Notes under the pieces: generated by a model
Told to the model about the DNA's origin: nothing
Databases searched by the model: none
What the model saw: only the letters and a program-made list of their open reading frames with translations
Source of the DNA: an uncultured delta proteobacterium
Lineage (GTDB): Bacteria; Myxococcota_A; Polyangia; Haliangiales; Haliangiaceae
Length of the DNA: 64,000 bases
NCBI GenBank assembly: GCA_963772655.1
Contig: CAVYYE010000009.1
Span: forward strand, 214,343 to 278,342
Direction of reading: 5' to 3'
Part shown: positions 34,565 through 44,250 of the stretch, one piece after another
How positions within the stretch are numbered: position 1 is the stretch's first letter
Layout of the letters: the number at the start of each line of letters is the position of its first letter
Made by a program: the position numbers and the translations under genes

Positions 34565-36088
34565 ATGAAGATCCTGGCTTTGATCGCGATCGTCGTCGGA
34601 TCGGTGGGTTGCGGGAATGTCGTCACGGACGACGACGGCTCGTTCGAGATCGCGACGGACGCGGGCGGCTTCGTGCGCGAAGGCGACATGCTCGAGCTCC
34701 CGATCACGGTCACGCGGAACAACCTCGGCGATCCGATCACGATCGAGGTCACCGGCCTGCCCGACGGCGTGACGGCCGAACCGACCGAGATCGAGGAGGA
34801 CGCCACCACCGGCACGCTCACCCTCGTCGCCGCGTCGCCGGCGACACAGGGAGTCGCCCAGATCACCGTCACCGGACACGTCGGCGACCAATCCAGCGAC
34901 GCCGCCGTACGGCTGCTCGTCGGCGGTCCGCCCGGCACCCCGGATCGGTCGTTCGCCGGCGACGGCACGTTCACGACGATCGTCCCGGGGATGGTGTTGA
35001 TCAGCCGCGCGCTCGCGCTCAGCGAGGCCGGCATCATCGTCACGGGCAGTACCGCGACGCAGGCGATCACCGCGCGGATCACCGACGCCGGGGAGCTCGA
35101 TCCCGGATTCGCCGGCAGTGGCTTCGTGTCGACCGGGGTGGGCATGTTCAGCGAGGGCATCGCCGTCACCACGCTCGCCGACAACAGCGTGCTCGTCGCG
35201 GGGATCGCCGGGACCGCCTCGACGAGTGACAACGACTTCGGCCTGTTCAAGTACAGCGCCGGCGGTGTGCTCGACACGACGTTCGGCAACAGTGGCGTGG
35301 CCAGCTTCGACCCGGGCAGCGGGTTCGGCGAGCTCCACACCCTCGTGGTCGATGGCGACGGTAGTCTGCTCGTGGGCGGCGTGCTGTTCGGGAGCAACCA
35401 GACGACGCGCGGTCTGCGGTTCTCGTCGACGGGGGTCCGCGACACCGGCTACGACATCACCGAGGCCAACGTGATCCTCGAGAGCTCGCTCCTGCAGCCC
35501 GACGGCAAGCTGGTGATGGCGGGAGGACTCAACAACGACTTCTGGCTCGCGCGCTACCTCCCGACCGGCGCGCACGACACCGGGTTCGGCACCGGCGGGA
35601 TCGTGACCACCGATCTCGGTGCGAACGACACGGCGTTCGGCTTGGTCCCGGCCGAGGGAGGCAAGTTGCTCGCGGTCGGCCTCACGTCCGTGGTGACGGG
35701 CGGTGCAACGATCAAGCGCATCGTGCTCGCGCGCTACAACGCCAACGGCAGCCTCGATCTCGCGTTCGGGGTCGGTGGCAAGGTCACCACCGACGTCGAC
35801 TTCGATACCCGCTCTCCCAACGCCGCGGTCGTCGACACCGAGGGGCGGATCCTCCTGGTCGGCGTGGTCGGCGGGCTGCCGAGCGTCGCGCGGCTCGATC
35901 CGGCGGGAACCCCCGACCCCACGTTCGGCGAGGGTGGTGTCGCGCGGGTCGACTTCGGGGTGTCCGGCACCACGACGCAGACCGGGGGCTACGGCATCGC
36001 GATCGATCCCGACGGCCGGATCCTATTCGCCGGGGAAGTCGGCCCGGCCGGTGGGCAGAACATGGCCGTCGGGCGCCTGTGGTTTTGA
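34565..36088 (+). CDS. Lipoprotein with delta-60-type beta-propeller repeats (DxTFGxxGxxxxD...DGKxxxxG)
   Basis: Lipobox IVVGSVGC. Repeated about 60-aa units such as DPGFAGSGFVST, DTTFGNSGVASFD, DTGFGTGGIVTTD, DLAFGVGGKVTTD and DPTFGEGGVARVD. Confidence 0.7.
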   Translation: MKILALIAIVVGSVGCGNVVTDDDGSFEIATDAGGFVREGDMLELPITVTRNNLGDPITIEVTGLPDGVTAEPTEIEEDATTGTLTLVAASPATQGVAQITVTGHVGDQSSDAAVRLLVGGPPGTPDRSFAGDGTFTTIVPGMVLISRALALSEAGIIVTGSTATQAITARITDAGELDPGFAGSGFVSTGVGMFSEGIAVTTLADNSVLVAGIAGTASTSDNDFGLFKYSAGGVLDTTFGNSGVASFDPGSGFGELHTLVVDGDGSLLVGGVLFGSNQTTRGLRFSSTGVRDTGYDITEANVILESSLLQPDGKLVMAGGLNNDFWLARYLPTGAHDTGFGTGGIVTTDLGANDTAFGLVPAEGGKLLAVGLTSVVTGGATIKRIVLARYNANGSLDLAFGVGGKVTTDVDFDTRSPNAAVVDTEGRILLVGVVGGLPSVARLDPAGTPDPTFGEGGVARVDFGVSGTTTQTGGYGIAIDPDGRILFAGEVGPAGGQNMAVGRLWF

Positions 36089-36158
36089 GGAAGGACTAAA
36101 GGCGGTTCACGGACGAGTTTGCTTGTGATCCGGCCGGTTTGATGGGACGAAGCCGGCC

Positions 36159-37391
36159 ATGCTCCACGATGCCGAGCCGCCGAAGGCCCCCGTCAAGAAC
36201 CTGTTCGAGCGCTGGATGCCGGCGCTCCCGTCGTTGCCGATCGCGGCGCGGCGGAAGACCGATGCCGAGGCGATCGTGCGCGAGCTGTTCTCGCACGCCG
36301 ACATCCAGATCGACGGCTCCCGGCCGTGGGACATCCAGGTGCGCGACGGGCGGTTCTACGAGCGCGTGCTGCGGGACGCCTCGATCGGGTTCGGTGAGGC
36401 GTACATGGACGACTGGTGGGCGGTCGACCAGCTCGACGTGACGATCGACAAGCTGTGCCGCGGCCAGCTCAAGGACAAGATCCGCGGCAGCTGGAAGCTC
36501 AAGGCGCTCACCGTCAAGGCGATGCTGCTCAACCTGCAGGCCAAGGCCCGTGCCGGCGCTTCGATCGAAGCGCACTACGACATCGGCAACGACCTCTACA
36601 CGCGGATGCTCGACGAGCGCATGGTCTACACCTGCGCGTACTACAAGGACGGCCGCGACATGTCGCTGACCGCCGCGCAGGAGGCCAAGCTGGATCTGGT
36701 CTGCCGCAAGGCCGGCCTCGAGCCCGGCATGCGCGTCCTCGACCTCGGCTGCGGCTGGGGCGGGCTCGCGAGCTGGGCGGCCGAGAAATACGGCTGCTCG
36801 GTGCTCGGCGTCACGCTGTCGAAGGATCAGGTCGCGCTCGGCAACGAGCTGTGGGGCCCGAGCGGCAAGAAGCTCGACGTCGAGCTCCGCCTCTGCGACT
36901 ACCGCGACGTCCAGGGCACGTTCGACCGCGTGCTCTCGGTCGGGATGATGGAGCACGTCGGTCCGAAGAACCACCGCGAGATGATGCGCGTCATCGACCG
37001 CAACCTCGTCGACGACGGTGTCGCGGTCGTCCACACGATCGCGAACAACCGCTCGCTCCGCCACGGCACGCCGTTCATCGAGAAGTACATCTTCCCGAAC
37101 GCGGTGGCGCCGTCGCTCGAGCAGATCGGTGCCGCGATCGGCGGCCTGTTCGTGATCGAGGATCTCCACAACATCGGCGAGCACTACGACCCGACGCTGA
37201 TGGCGTGGTGGGACAACTTCGACCGCCACTACGCGGAGCTGTCGCACAAGTACGATCGCCGCTTCTACCAGATGTGGAAGTTCTACCTGCAGGCGGCCGC
37301 CGGCGCCTCGCGGTCGCGCGACGGCCAGCTCTACCAGTTCGTGCTCACGAAGACGGGCCGCAAGCAGCCCGACTACGCGCGCTCGGTCTAG
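36159..37391 (+). CDS. cfa: Cyclopropane-fatty-acyl-phospholipid synthase family SAM-dependent methyltransferase
   Basis: YDIGNDLYTRMLDERMVYTCAYY, VLDLGCGWGG and HYDPTLMAWWDNFDRHY are CMAS family motifs. Confidence 0.85.
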   Translation: MLHDAEPPKAPVKNLFERWMPALPSLPIAARRKTDAEAIVRELFSHADIQIDGSRPWDIQVRDGRFYERVLRDASIGFGEAYMDDWWAVDQLDVTIDKLCRGQLKDKIRGSWKLKALTVKAMLLNLQAKARAGASIEAHYDIGNDLYTRMLDERMVYTCAYYKDGRDMSLTAAQEAKLDLVCRKAGLEPGMRVLDLGCGWGGLASWAAEKYGCSVLGVTLSKDQVALGNELWGPSGKKLDVELRLCDYRDVQGTFDRVLSVGMMEHVGPKNHREMMRVIDRNLVDDGVAVVHTIANNRSLRHGTPFIEKYIFPNAVAPSLEQIGAAIGGLFVIEDLHNIGEHYDPTLMAWWDNFDRHYAELSHKYDRRFYQMWKFYLQAAAGASRSRDGQLYQFVLTKTGRKQPDYARSV

Positions 37392-37461
37392 AAGCGCGGA
37401 ACTCGCGCCGTCGGGTGTGTCCTCGGTCGACGCTCGGCGGCGTTCGCTGACCAGGAACGCG

Positions 37462-38526
37462 CTAGGCAGCGCGGCGCTGCGGCTCGCTACCGACGAGGCC
37501 GAGGCGGACCTCCATCGGATCGTCGGCGTCGCGGTCCCAGGCGTGCGCGATGAACCGCGCCGAGTCGCCGAGGGCGTAGAGGTACGGCACCGAGAGGTGC
37601 GGCACGTTGTGGCGCTCGCACCACGCGGCCGTGATCTTCGCGGCGCGCGGCAGGTGCTGGTGCGGGATCTTGGGGAACAGGTGGTGCTCGACCTGGTAGT
37701 CGAGCCCGATGAACCACCACGAGATGAACCGCGGCAGCTCGAGGTCGCGCGTCGTCTCGAGCTGGTGGAGCCAGTCGTGGTTCTGCTCGGCCATGATCGG
37801 CAGGCCGATGTGGGCGGGCGCGAACACCAGGGCGAGAAACACGCCGACCAGCCCCCAGATCGCGACGTAGAGACCGATACCGAGCAGCGGGCCCCAGATC
37901 AGCGACGGGATCAGGAGCCACCCGGCGTAGTGGGCGACCATGCAGCCGACCTCGATCAGCCACGCCCGGGTCACGCGGTGCCGGCGGGGATAGTTCACGA
38001 GGTAGAGGATCGACGCGCGGCGCATGCCGATCGACATCAGGAGCGACATCGGCCAGAACGCCCACGACTGGAAGTGGCGCTGGAACCAGCGCTGGCCGGG
38101 GGTGCTGCGCTCGTGGTCGCCACGCGACGACACGAACGGGAACGGCTTGATGTCCGGATCGAGCCCTTCGACGTTGGGGTGACCGTGGTGGAGTTGGTCG
38201 TGCTTGTTACGCCAGTACAAGGCGCCCAGGCCCGAGAACAACGGGAACACCAGGTAGACCAGGATCGCGTTACGCGCCGGTGACTTGGAGAAGCTCCGGT
38301 GGCTGCCCTCGTGCCCCAGCATCGCCGCGGACGTACAGCACATCGCAGCGATCGGAATCGCGGGAATCGCCGCTACCCACCCGAACACCCCGATCGCGAC
38401 CAGACAGATCGCGGTCCCCGCAAACAGGACCGCTAGCGTGAGCCAGCTGCGGAGCTCGCGGTGCTCGAACACCCCGGCCGCACGAAGCTCGGCGCGCAGT
38501 GTCCCGAGCTCAGGTAGTGATTGCAT
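37462..38526 (-). CDS. Membrane fatty acid desaturase
   Basis: Multiple TM helices and three His boxes: HEGSH, HDQLHH and HHLFP. Confidence 0.85.
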   Translation of the reverse strand: MQSLPELGTLRAELRAAGVFEHRELRSWLTLAVLFAGTAICLVAIGVFGWVAAIPAIPIAAMCCTSAAMLGHEGSHRSFSKSPARNAILVYLVFPLFSGLGALYWRNKHDQLHHGHPNVEGLDPDIKPFPFVSSRGDHERSTPGQRWFQRHFQSWAFWPMSLLMSIGMRRASILYLVNYPRRHRVTRAWLIEVGCMVAHYAGWLLIPSLIWGPLLGIGLYVAIWGLVGVFLALVFAPAHIGLPIMAEQNHDWLHQLETTRDLELPRFISWWFIGLDYQVEHHLFPKIPHQHLPRAAKITAAWCERHNVPHLSVPYLYALGDSARFIAHAWDRDADDPMEVRLGLVGSEPQRRAA

Positions 38527-38648
38527 CGCCCGAACGGTCGTCGATCCGAGGGCCGAACGCGAGTCCTAAGCGCCGCGAAATCGCGGATATGACGGTTTGG
38601 TGACGATCCGTCATATCGGCCGATACGATCGGTCAGCGGCGGTCGGAA

Positions 38649-40559
38649 CTACTGAACGGCGGCCGGCTTGCGGATGACCAGGATGCCCTCGATCTGCTCG
38701 GGCTTGACCGCCCCGAACGCCGAGATCTCGTGCTCGTTGGAGTACTGGTTGTTCGACAGGCTCGCCACGTCCAGCCACAGGCTCGACATATCGAGCGACC
38801 CACCGGCTCCGTCGTACAGCGACTGGATCGACGTGGTCTTCGGGCCGGGCATCAGGGTCGCGACGCTGGTGTCGTTGCCGGTCAGGATGTCCTCGAACGG
38901 GATCCGCATCAGGAAGATGAACCCGGCGCGACCGCCGCTCGGCGTCCCCGCGGTGTCCCACGCGTGGGCGGCCTCGAGGGTGATCGAGCAGGCGACCAGC
39001 GGCGACGGCTGGCTCGAGATGCCGTAGTAGGTCGGGCTGAGCGCCGAGTACGTCCGATAGAAGTTCTCGTGCCGATCGATCATCGAGTAGAACCGCTTCA
39101 TCAGCGGGCACTGGTCCGGATCGATCGACGCGCTGGTGCAACCGGCGGGGTCGGCGAACACGCTGGTGAGGCCCATGTCCTTGTCGTTCAGCAGCGCCGG
39201 GTCCCACAGCGGGTTGGCCGTCTCGATGGCCTGGATGTCCTGCGGCGCGACCGTGTGGACGTTGCCGCTACCGTCGTCGAACTTGAGGTTGCCGGTGAAC
39301 TGACCGGTCGAGTTGACCTGCAGCGTGCCGGTGGTGCCGTCGACCAGCGTGGCCGGTCCGGGACGGAAGTACTCCCCGATGCCGTCGCCGTTGCGATCCT
39401 CGAGCAGCACGAGCGAGTTGTTGGGGTTGGTCAGGTACGACTCGTCCTCGGGCGCGTAATAGATCGTGCGCGCGGCGAGCTGGCGGTTGCGGAGCTGGCG
39501 ATACCCGAACCGATCGGCGTCCCACAGCTTGCACTCGTCGGTGAACGACGACGACGGGTGCTGGCAGTACTTCGCCATCCGGCGGAGGAACCGATCGGAC
39601 AGGTTCGACTCGACCCAGCTCGGGCGCAATCCGCCGAGGCCGCGGAAGTTGTACCACTCGTCCTTGTCCTTCTGCGGACAGGTATCGGCGTAGGTCGCGT
39701 AGCCCGCCTTGTGCGCGTCGAACCCGGGGAACGCGACGTGCGGGCGAACGTAGGTCTCGATGATGTACTTGGTCTCGCACACCGAGAACGGCCGCACGCC
39801 GTTGGTGTCGTGGTTGTTCTGGGCGACCAACGCACTGAAGATCTGGTCCTCGATGCTCGCGAGGGTGTCGAACTGATCCATGTCGAGGCCGTGGAACGGC
39901 GTCGTGTGACCGTCGGCCGGGGGCAGCACGTCGGGCATCGCGAAGAACACCATCGAGGCCAGCGCCTTCATGCGCGCCTCGTAGATGTCGGGGTGCTGGT
40001 GCTCGTACTCCTGGGACACCGCCGTCATGAACTGATCGGTCAGCGAACCCGACAGCCCGTAGTTCTTGAGGTGGTTGTAGTCGATCTCCTTGGTGATGCG
40101 ATCGAGGTTGGCGCGCGCCGCGGCGACGATGTCGGCCGACACGGTGGTGTTCTCGCCGAGCGCCGACAGCTTGGCGTGCAGCGTGGTCGGCGTGTGGTTC
40201 TCGAGGCGGATCTTGTACTCGGCCTCGCCGGTGCTCGCGGTGACCGTGACCTCGGGCTGCTTGGTCGTGTCGCTCTCGAACGTCTCGCCGGTGTCGAGGT
40301 TGGTGACGGTGATCTTCGAATCGTTGTCGGTGTCGTAGGCGAGCGAGACTTCGAAGTCGAGCGTGGAGCGAACGCTGAAGTTGCGAACGCCCGGGTGTCC
40401 GGTGGTCGAGAACTTGGGGATCGTGACCGGGACGTCCTCGACCGCCGGTGCATCCGACTTGCCGTCCGCGACGCTGCCCAGATCGGTGATGTCTTCTTGC
40501 GTGGCGCACGCCGTGATCTGCGGAAGCGCGGCGAGAAGAACGAGCGGCAAGATACGCAT
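38649..40559 (-). CDS. Large hypothetical lipoprotein (about 636 aa)
   Basis: Signal and lipobox MRILPLVLLAALPQITAC. Ser/Thr/Asn-rich secreted protein with no family recognized. GC3-biased frame. Confidence 0.6.
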   Translation of the reverse strand: MRILPLVLLAALPQITACATQEDITDLGSVADGKSDAPAVEDVPVTIPKFSTTGHPGVRNFSVRSTLDFEVSLAYDTDNDSKITVTNLDTGETFESDTTKQPEVTVTASTGEAEYKIRLENHTPTTLHAKLSALGENTTVSADIVAAARANLDRITKEIDYNHLKNYGLSGSLTDQFMTAVSQEYEHQHPDIYEARMKALASMVFFAMPDVLPPADGHTTPFHGLDMDQFDTLASIEDQIFSALVAQNNHDTNGVRPFSVCETKYIIETYVRPHVAFPGFDAHKAGYATYADTCPQKDKDEWYNFRGLGGLRPSWVESNLSDRFLRRMAKYCQHPSSSFTDECKLWDADRFGYRQLRNRQLAARTIYYAPEDESYLTNPNNSLVLLEDRNGDGIGEYFRPGPATLVDGTTGTLQVNSTGQFTGNLKFDDGSGNVHTVAPQDIQAIETANPLWDPALLNDKDMGLTSVFADPAGCTSASIDPDQCPLMKRFYSMIDRHENFYRTYSALSPTYYGISSQPSPLVACSITLEAAHAWDTAGTPSGGRAGFIFLMRIPFEDILTGNDTSVATLMPGPKTTSIQSLYDGAGGSLDMSSLWLDVASLSNNQYSNEHEISAFGAVKPEQIEGILVIRKPAAVQ

Positions 40560-40814
40560 GTTGCCCGCGCATTCAGCAATGAGCGCGCCACGTGGGGGTG
40601 TCCGGGATCGGGTGGGAAGCCTTTGAAACTGCACGAATTGTGAAGCGATCGATGGCATGCCGACCAGCCAGTGACGCACCTGGACAAGCCACCAGAACGG
40701 CTTGTCACGTTGCCAGTAGTGTCCGGGGACGCGCTCGAACGTGGTCGAACGCCGCGAGATCAGGAGACGTGCCTTCCGTCCGGTCGGGGCATGTCCCGTG
40801 CACGAGGCGCGCGC

Positions 40815-42548
40815 ATGCGTTCGCCTCGCTTACTCCCTCGTTACGCCTTCGCCGCGCGCATGTTGATCGGCGCGTCCCTGCTCGCCTCGACCACGATCGC
40901 GTGTGTCGCCGCCGATAACGGGACCGAAGAAGACCTCGGCGACATCGGGGACGGCAAGAGCGACTCGTTCGGGATCGTCGACCGCGCGTTCACGGTCGAC
41001 GCCGGGCACTACCGCCGGTTCCGGTTCACGGCGAACGCGGCGTTCCGCGTGGCCGTCACCCAGCCCGAGATGGCGATCGGCGACCGCTCCGACCTCACGC
41101 TGTCGTTGAAGAAGCCCGACGGCGACCACGCGACGGCCGATGCGACGCCCGAGCCCACGCTCGTGGTCGAGGAAGGCGGTGGCATCGACTCGTTCTCGCT
41201 GACGATCAAGAACGTCGGTGACAAGGACATCACCGGGCTGCTCAACGTTCGCCCGCTCGGCGGCTTCGGCGACCTGCCCAACCCCAACGCGGCGGAGCCG
41301 CCCGACGTCAGCTGGCTCCCGCCTGCCCCGGGCACCTGGCCACCATCGTACGTGATCTTCAACAACACCGGGTGCGGCCACGACTGCACGTCGGCCGACC
41401 TGTCGGCGCTCGCGCCGCGCAGCGTGATGATCAAGATGCTGATCGCCGCGATCGACAACGTGAAGGAAGGCGGCATCGTCCGGGTCTCGAACTACAACAT
41501 CTCGAGCTCGAACAGCGCCAAGCCAGTGGTCGACGCGCTGGTGCGCGCGATGACCGACAAGCACGCGACCGTGCGGATCGTGATGGACCAGGGGCAGAAC
41601 AACTCGGGCTCGCGGACCACGCTGCTCGCCCAGCAGGGCGCCGAGGTGCGATTCCTCGACGGCGTCCACTACACCAACAGCCTCGGCACCGACTCCGAGG
41701 GCATCATGCACTCGAAGATCGTGATCGTCGACGACGACGTGGTGTTCACCGGCTCGAACAACTTCTCGAGCACCGGCTTCATCACCAACGAAGAGAACAG
41801 CGTGGTGCTCCGCGCACCCGAGAACTCCGATCGCATCGCGTCGTTCGCGTGCGACATCGACACCATGTTCGCCGCCGGCGTCGCGCCCGGCGAGCCGCAG
41901 CGCACCGACGACGATCGCAAGGCCGACATCGTCAAGCTCGACAGCTGCAACGGCCCCGACGTGTGGTTCCCGCCGAGCGGCTACCTGTCGCACCACACCT
42001 CGTACACCTACAGCACCGTCACCGGTGCGATCCGCGGCGCCAACCGTTCGGTCGACATCGCGCCCGACATGATGGCCCACCCCGGTCTGGTCGCTGCACT
42101 GATCTCGCGCGGCAAGAAGGCCCAGACCGCCGGCGAGCCGTTCACGGTGCGGCTCGTGCTCGACGCCTCGGAGGAAGCGCTTCACAACCCGGCGTTCGGC
42201 GACTGCCTCGACGAGGCCGCGACCAAGTACGGCCTCGACTTCCAGATCCGCTACTGGCCGGGCACGCCCGACATCTGGCAGCTCATGCACCACAAGTTCA
42301 TGATCGTCGACGCCGAGGATCCCGGTGCGGCCGCGCTCTACAACGGTTCGGCGAACTACTCGGCCAAGGCGCTCAAGTACAGCTTCGAGAACGTCACCCG
42401 CTACACCAACACGGGCCACCGCGCGATCGTCGACGCCTTCACGGCGCGGTTCGCGCAGCTGTTCGCCCAGGCCAAGACCAAGGCGAGGCTGGTCAGCGAG
42501 GACCACGTCAGCGCGCCGAGCTGCCCGCTGAACATCGACACGCTGTAG
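40815..42548 (+). CDS. Phospholipase D-like (two HKD motifs) secreted lipoprotein, possibly a nuclease or phospholipase
   Basis: Lipobox LLASTTIAC. HKD motif 1 MHSKIVIVDDDVVFTGSNNFS and HKD motif 2 MHHKFMIVDAE...YNGSANYS. Confidence 0.8.
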   Translation: MRSPRLLPRYAFAARMLIGASLLASTTIACVAADNGTEEDLGDIGDGKSDSFGIVDRAFTVDAGHYRRFRFTANAAFRVAVTQPEMAIGDRSDLTLSLKKPDGDHATADATPEPTLVVEEGGGIDSFSLTIKNVGDKDITGLLNVRPLGGFGDLPNPNAAEPPDVSWLPPAPGTWPPSYVIFNNTGCGHDCTSADLSALAPRSVMIKMLIAAIDNVKEGGIVRVSNYNISSSNSAKPVVDALVRAMTDKHATVRIVMDQGQNNSGSRTTLLAQQGAEVRFLDGVHYTNSLGTDSEGIMHSKIVIVDDDVVFTGSNNFSSTGFITNEENSVVLRAPENSDRIASFACDIDTMFAAGVAPGEPQRTDDDRKADIVKLDSCNGPDVWFPPSGYLSHHTSYTYSTVTGAIRGANRSVDIAPDMMAHPGLVAALISRGKKAQTAGEPFTVRLVLDASEEALHNPAFGDCLDEAATKYGLDFQIRYWPGTPDIWQLMHHKFMIVDAEDPGAAALYNGSANYSAKALKYSFENVTRYTNTGHRAIVDAFTARFAQLFAQAKTKARLVSEDHVSAPSCPLNIDTL

Positions 42549-42565
42549 TCGCGATTATCTCTCGG

Positions 42566-42611
42566 CTTCGCTTCCGCGGCCTACCTCGCTGCGGGGTGTC
42601 CGCTCGCGAAG
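42566..42611. repeat. REP-like palindromic element (CTTCGC-TTCCGCGGCCTACCTC...-GCGAAG). A related copy lies at 51949..51991, and a related tandem repeat at 21831..21901.
   Basis: A 16-nt identical core TTCCGCGGCCTACCTC is shared with 51953..51968. Stem arms CTTCGC/GCGAAG. The motifs CGCTTCCGCGG and CTTCGCGAGCGGAC are shared with the 21.8 kb repeat in inverse orientation. Confidence 0.5.
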
Positions 42612-42703
42612 CCCTGTGCGGGCGGGGCGCACACGCAGCCGTGTACCCGCGTACAGTTCCCGGTCGGGTTGAACGAGCGGCCGACCTCTCTTACGGTGGT
42701 CGG

Positions 42704-42922
42704 ATGAAGCAACTCGTCATGCTGCTGGCGATCGTCCTCGGTACGTCCGCGACCACCGGGTGCATCATCCACACGCATCACCCCCGGGGGCGGGGCGTCG
42801 TCGTCAAGGAACGCCGGAGCTGCGGCCCGGCGCACCACTGGGATGGCCGGCGATGCGTGCACAACGGCAAGGCCAAGGGCCATCACAAGGACAAGCGCGG
42901 GCACGGGCACGGGCACGACTGA
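42704..42922 (+). CDS. Small His-rich lipoprotein (72 aa)
   Basis: MKQLVMLLAIVLGTSATTGC lipobox and a C-terminal KGHHKDKRGHGHGHD tail. Good GC3 bias. Confidence 0.5.
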   Translation: MKQLVMLLAIVLGTSATTGCIIHTHHPRGRGVVVKERRSCGPAHHWDGRRCVHNGKAKGHHKDKRGHGHGHD

Positions 42923-42942
42923 GCTCGCGAAGGCCCGCGCGC

Positions 42943-42978
42943 AAAAAAAACGGCGGCCACCGAGGGAGGTGACCGCCG
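42943..42978. terminator. Bidirectional intrinsic terminator: A8 tract followed by an 11-bp GC hairpin (CGGCGGCCACC...GGTGACCGCCG). On the minus strand it reads as hairpin plus U8, terminating gene 43003..44052.
   Basis: Perfect stem with one mismatch and a poly-A/T run, which is rare in a 70% GC genome. It lies between convergent genes. Confidence 0.55.
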
Positions 42979-43002
42979 TTGGCTCGCCGAGGCGAGCGTG
43001 AG

Positions 43003-44052
43003 CTATTCGCCGCGCGCGCCGACGAACGTCGCCGGGCCGAGCGGTGCGTCGGTGCCGCCATAGCCGAGCGTGCCGAGCCAGGTGCCGTTGTCGAGGCGAT
43101 CGACCTTGCGGTCGGCGTTGGTGTCGACCGCGGTCGCCTTGCCGTCGAGCACGAACTCGAGGGCCGAGCTGTCGATGCCCTCGAGCTGCGCGTACATCTG
43201 GTCGGCGGCGAGATCGAGGCCGCTGATGCAGGCGCCGGCCCACAGCGCCTGACCGCCGATGCCGATCGCGTCCGCCATCTGCTGGCCGACCGCCTGGCAG
43301 TCGACCATGTCGTTGAGCAGCTCGCCGAGGTTCGAGGCGTTCGAGTCGATCGCCGGAATCACGGCGGCGTCGAGCGCGAGGACGAGCACCTTGCCGTACG
43401 AGATCGGCAGCGTGTGGCGCCCGATGGTGAACGTGTTGGTCGCGTCGACGCTGACCGCCAGGCCGTCGGCGACGATGTCGTCCATCTGGTGGTCGGCGAA
43501 CTTCAGGTTGTACGGCTGACCGGCGACCTGGAGCTCGACGCCATCGGCGGTCATCGTGCCCTGGTACGTCTGGTCGTTCTGCACGACCACCAGCTTCTCC
43601 GACAGGCCGAAGTGCTTGGCGATGTCGGCGAGGTCCTGACCGACGGTGTCGAGGGTGTCGACGAACCCGGGGGCCAGCGAGGTCAACTGATCGTTGAGCG
43701 TGGGCGCGAGGACCGGCTCGGCAGCGACCAGCAGGTCCTTGAGCGTGCCGGGGCTCATCGACGCGATCGCCTGATCGAGGACCCACTTCATCGGGTCGTC
43801 GGGATCGTCGGTGGCGTCGATCAGACCGTTGACCGCGGAGCCCACCGCGCCCGGCATGTTCTCGGCGATGTCGAACGTGCTGTGGATCCGGTACGTGCCG
43901 GTGCCGTCGAGCGGCTCCGGCGGCGGCGGTGGCGGGGTCGGATCGCCACCCGTGCCTCCACCGCCCGGTCCAACATCGTCACCCTTGTCCGTGGCACACC
44001 CCGCGAGGGCCGCCGCCAACACCATCACTAGTCCGAGATCATGAATCTTCAT
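43003..44052 (-). CDS. Hypothetical lipoprotein with a Gly/Pro-rich linker
   Basis: MKIHDLGLVMVLAAALAGC lipobox, then a GGGGTGGDPTPPPPPPEP linker and a globular domain with no family recognized. Confidence 0.6.
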   Translation of the reverse strand: MKIHDLGLVMVLAAALAGCATDKGDDVGPGGGGTGGDPTPPPPPPEPLDGTGTYRIHSTFDIAENMPGAVGSAVNGLIDATDDPDDPMKWVLDQAIASMSPGTLKDLLVAAEPVLAPTLNDQLTSLAPGFVDTLDTVGQDLADIAKHFGLSEKLVVVQNDQTYQGTMTADGVELQVAGQPYNLKFADHQMDDIVADGLAVSVDATNTFTIGRHTLPISYGKVLVLALDAAVIPAIDSNASNLGELLNDMVDCQAVGQQMADAIGIGGQALWAGACISGLDLAADQMYAQLEGIDSSALEFVLDGKATAVDTNADRKVDRLDNGTWLGTLGYGGTDAPLGPATFVGARGE

Positions 44053-44250
44053 CGCGGGGCGAGTCGTGCCAAAGATGGTTCGGCGATACAAGCCTCTTTG
44101 ATTACAGATCCACGACAGTTTCGGACACGAGCTGGCGCGAGCCCCGTCAGGAGATCGGCCAGCTGCGCGGATCTGCAAGTGTCTGGCGCGAGTCGTGAAG
44201 TGACCGGCGTTCGGCGAAACGCGCGGCGAGGTTGCTAGGATGCCGGTGCT

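Noticed and set aside
34490-35575. N-terminal 362 aa of ORF 33299..35575 (minus)
   Set aside because: It overlaps the well-supported plus-strand delta-60 repeat lipoprotein gene, and a signal peptide begins at the internal Met (34489). The upstream part has junk composition.
38730-42506. Long antisense ORFs opposite the 38649..40559 lipoprotein and the PLD-like gene
   Set aside because: They lie opposite frames that carry signal peptides and HKD motifs, and their translations are low complexity.
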